Shown: positions 35,638 to 37,230 of the stretch, in pieces
Layout of the letters: each line of letters starts with the position of its first letter
Numbering within the stretch: the first letter of the stretch is position 1
Assembly (NCBI GenBank): GCA_947462995.1
Contig: CANHUG010000003.1
Coordinates: 1-37,230, forward strand
Direction: 5' to 3'
Source: Verrucomicrobiales bacterium
Lineage (GTDB): Bacteria > Verrucomicrobiota > Verrucomicrobiia > Verrucomicrobiales > V1-33
Length of the DNA: 37,230 bases
Program-made: the position numbers and the translations under genes
Notes under the pieces: model-generated
Databases searched by the model: none
Seen by the model: only the letters and a program-made list of their open reading frames with translations
What the model was told of the DNA's origin: nothing

Positions 35638-36398
35638 ACAGTCTGAAATCATTCATCCTGACCATGGGCGCCTGCGTCGGCGTGCCGACGATCGTCATGA
35701 CCCTTGTGCCGTATGGGACAGAGCGAGGCCGCAGCGCAGTGGCTTACCAATCGGTTCCTGATCCGGCGAATCCTGCAGCTCCTCCAAAGGATCCTGAGGA
35801 GATGAAGGGCTTGTACTACCCTGTGAATTATTCCGGGGATAGGAAGCGGGGGGAGCTGGTGTACATTCAGGAAGGATGTGCGCAATGTCACACTCAGGTG
35901 GTGCGTCCGGACTATGCTGGGATTGACCAGTTCAAGAAGGGCTCCGGGCGGGAGCAGGAGTATGCGAAGGATCAGCCGGTGGCGGTGCGTCAGACGCATC
36001 CGTGGGACTACATGCATGAGGATTTCGCGATGTTCGGGATCCGGCGGATCGGGCCTGATCTTGCGAACGCGGGCTATCGGTATCTCGACAAGGACGGGCG
36101 TCCTGATGCGGCGAAGGTGAATGCGCTGTACCAGCATTTTTATGCGCCGAGGTCATTGAGGGGATGGTCGACGAGTCCTTCGTTCAAGCACCTGTTCAAC
36201 GTGGTGAAGAAGGAGAAGCCTGAAGGCAGTTCGGATGCGCTGGTGATTCCTGCGAATCTGCCGCTGGAGGCGGGGATGGAGATCGTACCTACTGATGAGG
36301 CCAAGGCACTGGTCGAATACCTGCTCGGGCTGAAGAGAGACGCGCCGCTACCTGCGGCGATTGCCGGAACCCCGCCGCAAGTACCTGCGGCCAAGTAA
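35634..36398 (+). CDS. CcoO-like membrane-anchored monoheme cytochrome c
   Basis: ATGA overlap with the upstream gene; GELVYIQEGCAQCHTQVVRP, GIRRIGPDLANAG, ALVEYLLGLK. Confidence 0.88.
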   Translation: MNSLKSFILTMGACVGVPTIVMTLVPYGTERGRSAVAYQSVPDPANPAAPPKDPEEMKGLYYPVNYSGDRKRGELVYIQEGCAQCHTQVVRPDYAGIDQFKKGSGREQEYAKDQPVAVRQTHPWDYMHEDFAMFGIRRIGPDLANAGYRYLDKDGRPDAAKVNALYQHFYAPRSLRGWSTSPSFKHLFNVVKKEKPEGSSDALVIPANLPLEAGMEIVPTDEAKALVEYLLGLKRDAPLPAAIAGTPPQVPAAK

Positions 36399-36420
36399 AG
36401 CACCCGCGAATTTCAAGCAT

Positions 36421-37191
36421 ATGGCTTCTTCACCTGAGAACATTGACTACGCCCGGACTGCGAACGTTGCGAATATGCATGCGGCCGCGGCGCGCGAGCG
36501 AGAGGCGACGGCAGTAGGTGCCACGCCTGTTTCCCTTTGGGTCGTGGTGGCCACGGGGATTGTCACGATCATCGCTGGGGCGTATTTCGGGCAGAACACT
36601 GGTTCGGATGCCTCGATTGCCAACGTGAAGGGGTATCATTATGCGTTGCAGTACCCGGAGGGGAGCAGTGGTGGTGGGGCGGCGATGAGCGATGAAGAGC
36701 TCAGGCAGGATGCGAACTGGCTTGCCGCGGGCAAGGCGGTGTACAGTGGCGCTGGCAACTGTGTTGGGTGCCACCAGGCCAACGGCGAAGGGGTGGCCGG
36801 GCAGTTTCCACCGCTCAAGGGCTCGGATTGGGTGACTGCGAGCGACAAGCGTTTGATTGCGATTCTGCTTTACGGGATTGGAGGACAATTCAGCGTCCTT
36901 GGGAAGACTTACAATGGTCAGATGCCTGCCCAAGGGACGGCGCTGAACAATAAACAAATCGCCCAGGTTGCGTCTTACGTGCGTAATGAATGGGGTAACA
37001 AGGCGCCGTTGATCTATGACGATCAGGTGGCCGCCGTGAAGACTGAGATCGTGCGTCAGGCCTCTTGGACGCAGACGGAACTGGAAGCGGCGATTGCTGC
37101 TGATGCGGCCTGTGTGCCGTCGGAGTGGCCGGCGAAGATCGCGAAGGCCGCGGGAGGAGCGGCGGAGGCTGCACCTGCCGATAAGAAGTAA
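36421..37191 (+). CDS. Membrane-anchored class I cytochrome c
   Basis: Start MASSPE; TM helix; CVGCHQANGEG, FPPLKGSDWV, YNGQMP, IAQVASYVRNEWGN. Confidence 0.9.
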   Translation: MASSPENIDYARTANVANMHAAAAREREATAVGATPVSLWVVVATGIVTIIAGAYFGQNTGSDASIANVKGYHYALQYPEGSSGGGAAMSDEELRQDANWLAAGKAVYSGAGNCVGCHQANGEGVAGQFPPLKGSDWVTASDKRLIAILLYGIGGQFSVLGKTYNGQMPAQGTALNNKQIAQVASYVRNEWGNKAPLIYDDQVAAVKTEIVRQASWTQTELEAAIAADAACVPSEWPAKIAKAAGGAAEAAPADKK

Positions 37192-37230
37192 CCAATTTCA
37201 CCCTGAGACTGCTGCGCGTCACACCACGCA

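Noticed and set aside
25211-37222. Long minus-strand ORFs across the ACIII operon (for example 26105-27379, 28166-29455, 29477-31009)
   Set aside because: Antisense shadows of well-supported act genes.

Overview
High-GC bacterial chromosomal window, most consistent with Verrucomicrobiota (inferred from a PEP-CTERM protein, A/C-rich leaders, GTAG-type REPs and the ACIII operon layout). From left to right: a 2-oxoacid dehydrogenase E2 (truncated by the window edge) and E1-beta; a ~3.8 kb compositionally foreign accessory island (about 2450-6050); a REP cluster; a CarH/LitR-type B12 photoreceptor regulator divergent from selB; an orphan TolC-like protein with a large insertion; several hypotheticals; a DUF6600-like lipoprotein with long QQREA repeats; glcF-glcE; a flavin-dependent halogenase behind a PEP-CTERM gene; argD-argB; and an alternative complex III operon (actA-F) under a perfect Rex-type palindrome. 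Two candidate systems stand out. (1) In the island, three copies of a 29-36 bp direct repeat delimit two unrelated cargo modules. One module is a SorC/DeoR-family regulator divergent from an unannotated 34-aa acidic micropeptide with its own terminator. Degenerate integron attC-like cassettes follow. (2) Inside the ACIII operon, a full-length CcoN homologue has lost all six heme/CuB histidines and is coupled to a CcoO homologue lacking its axial Met and to a cytochrome c. All family assignments come from motif recognition by eye; no searches were run.
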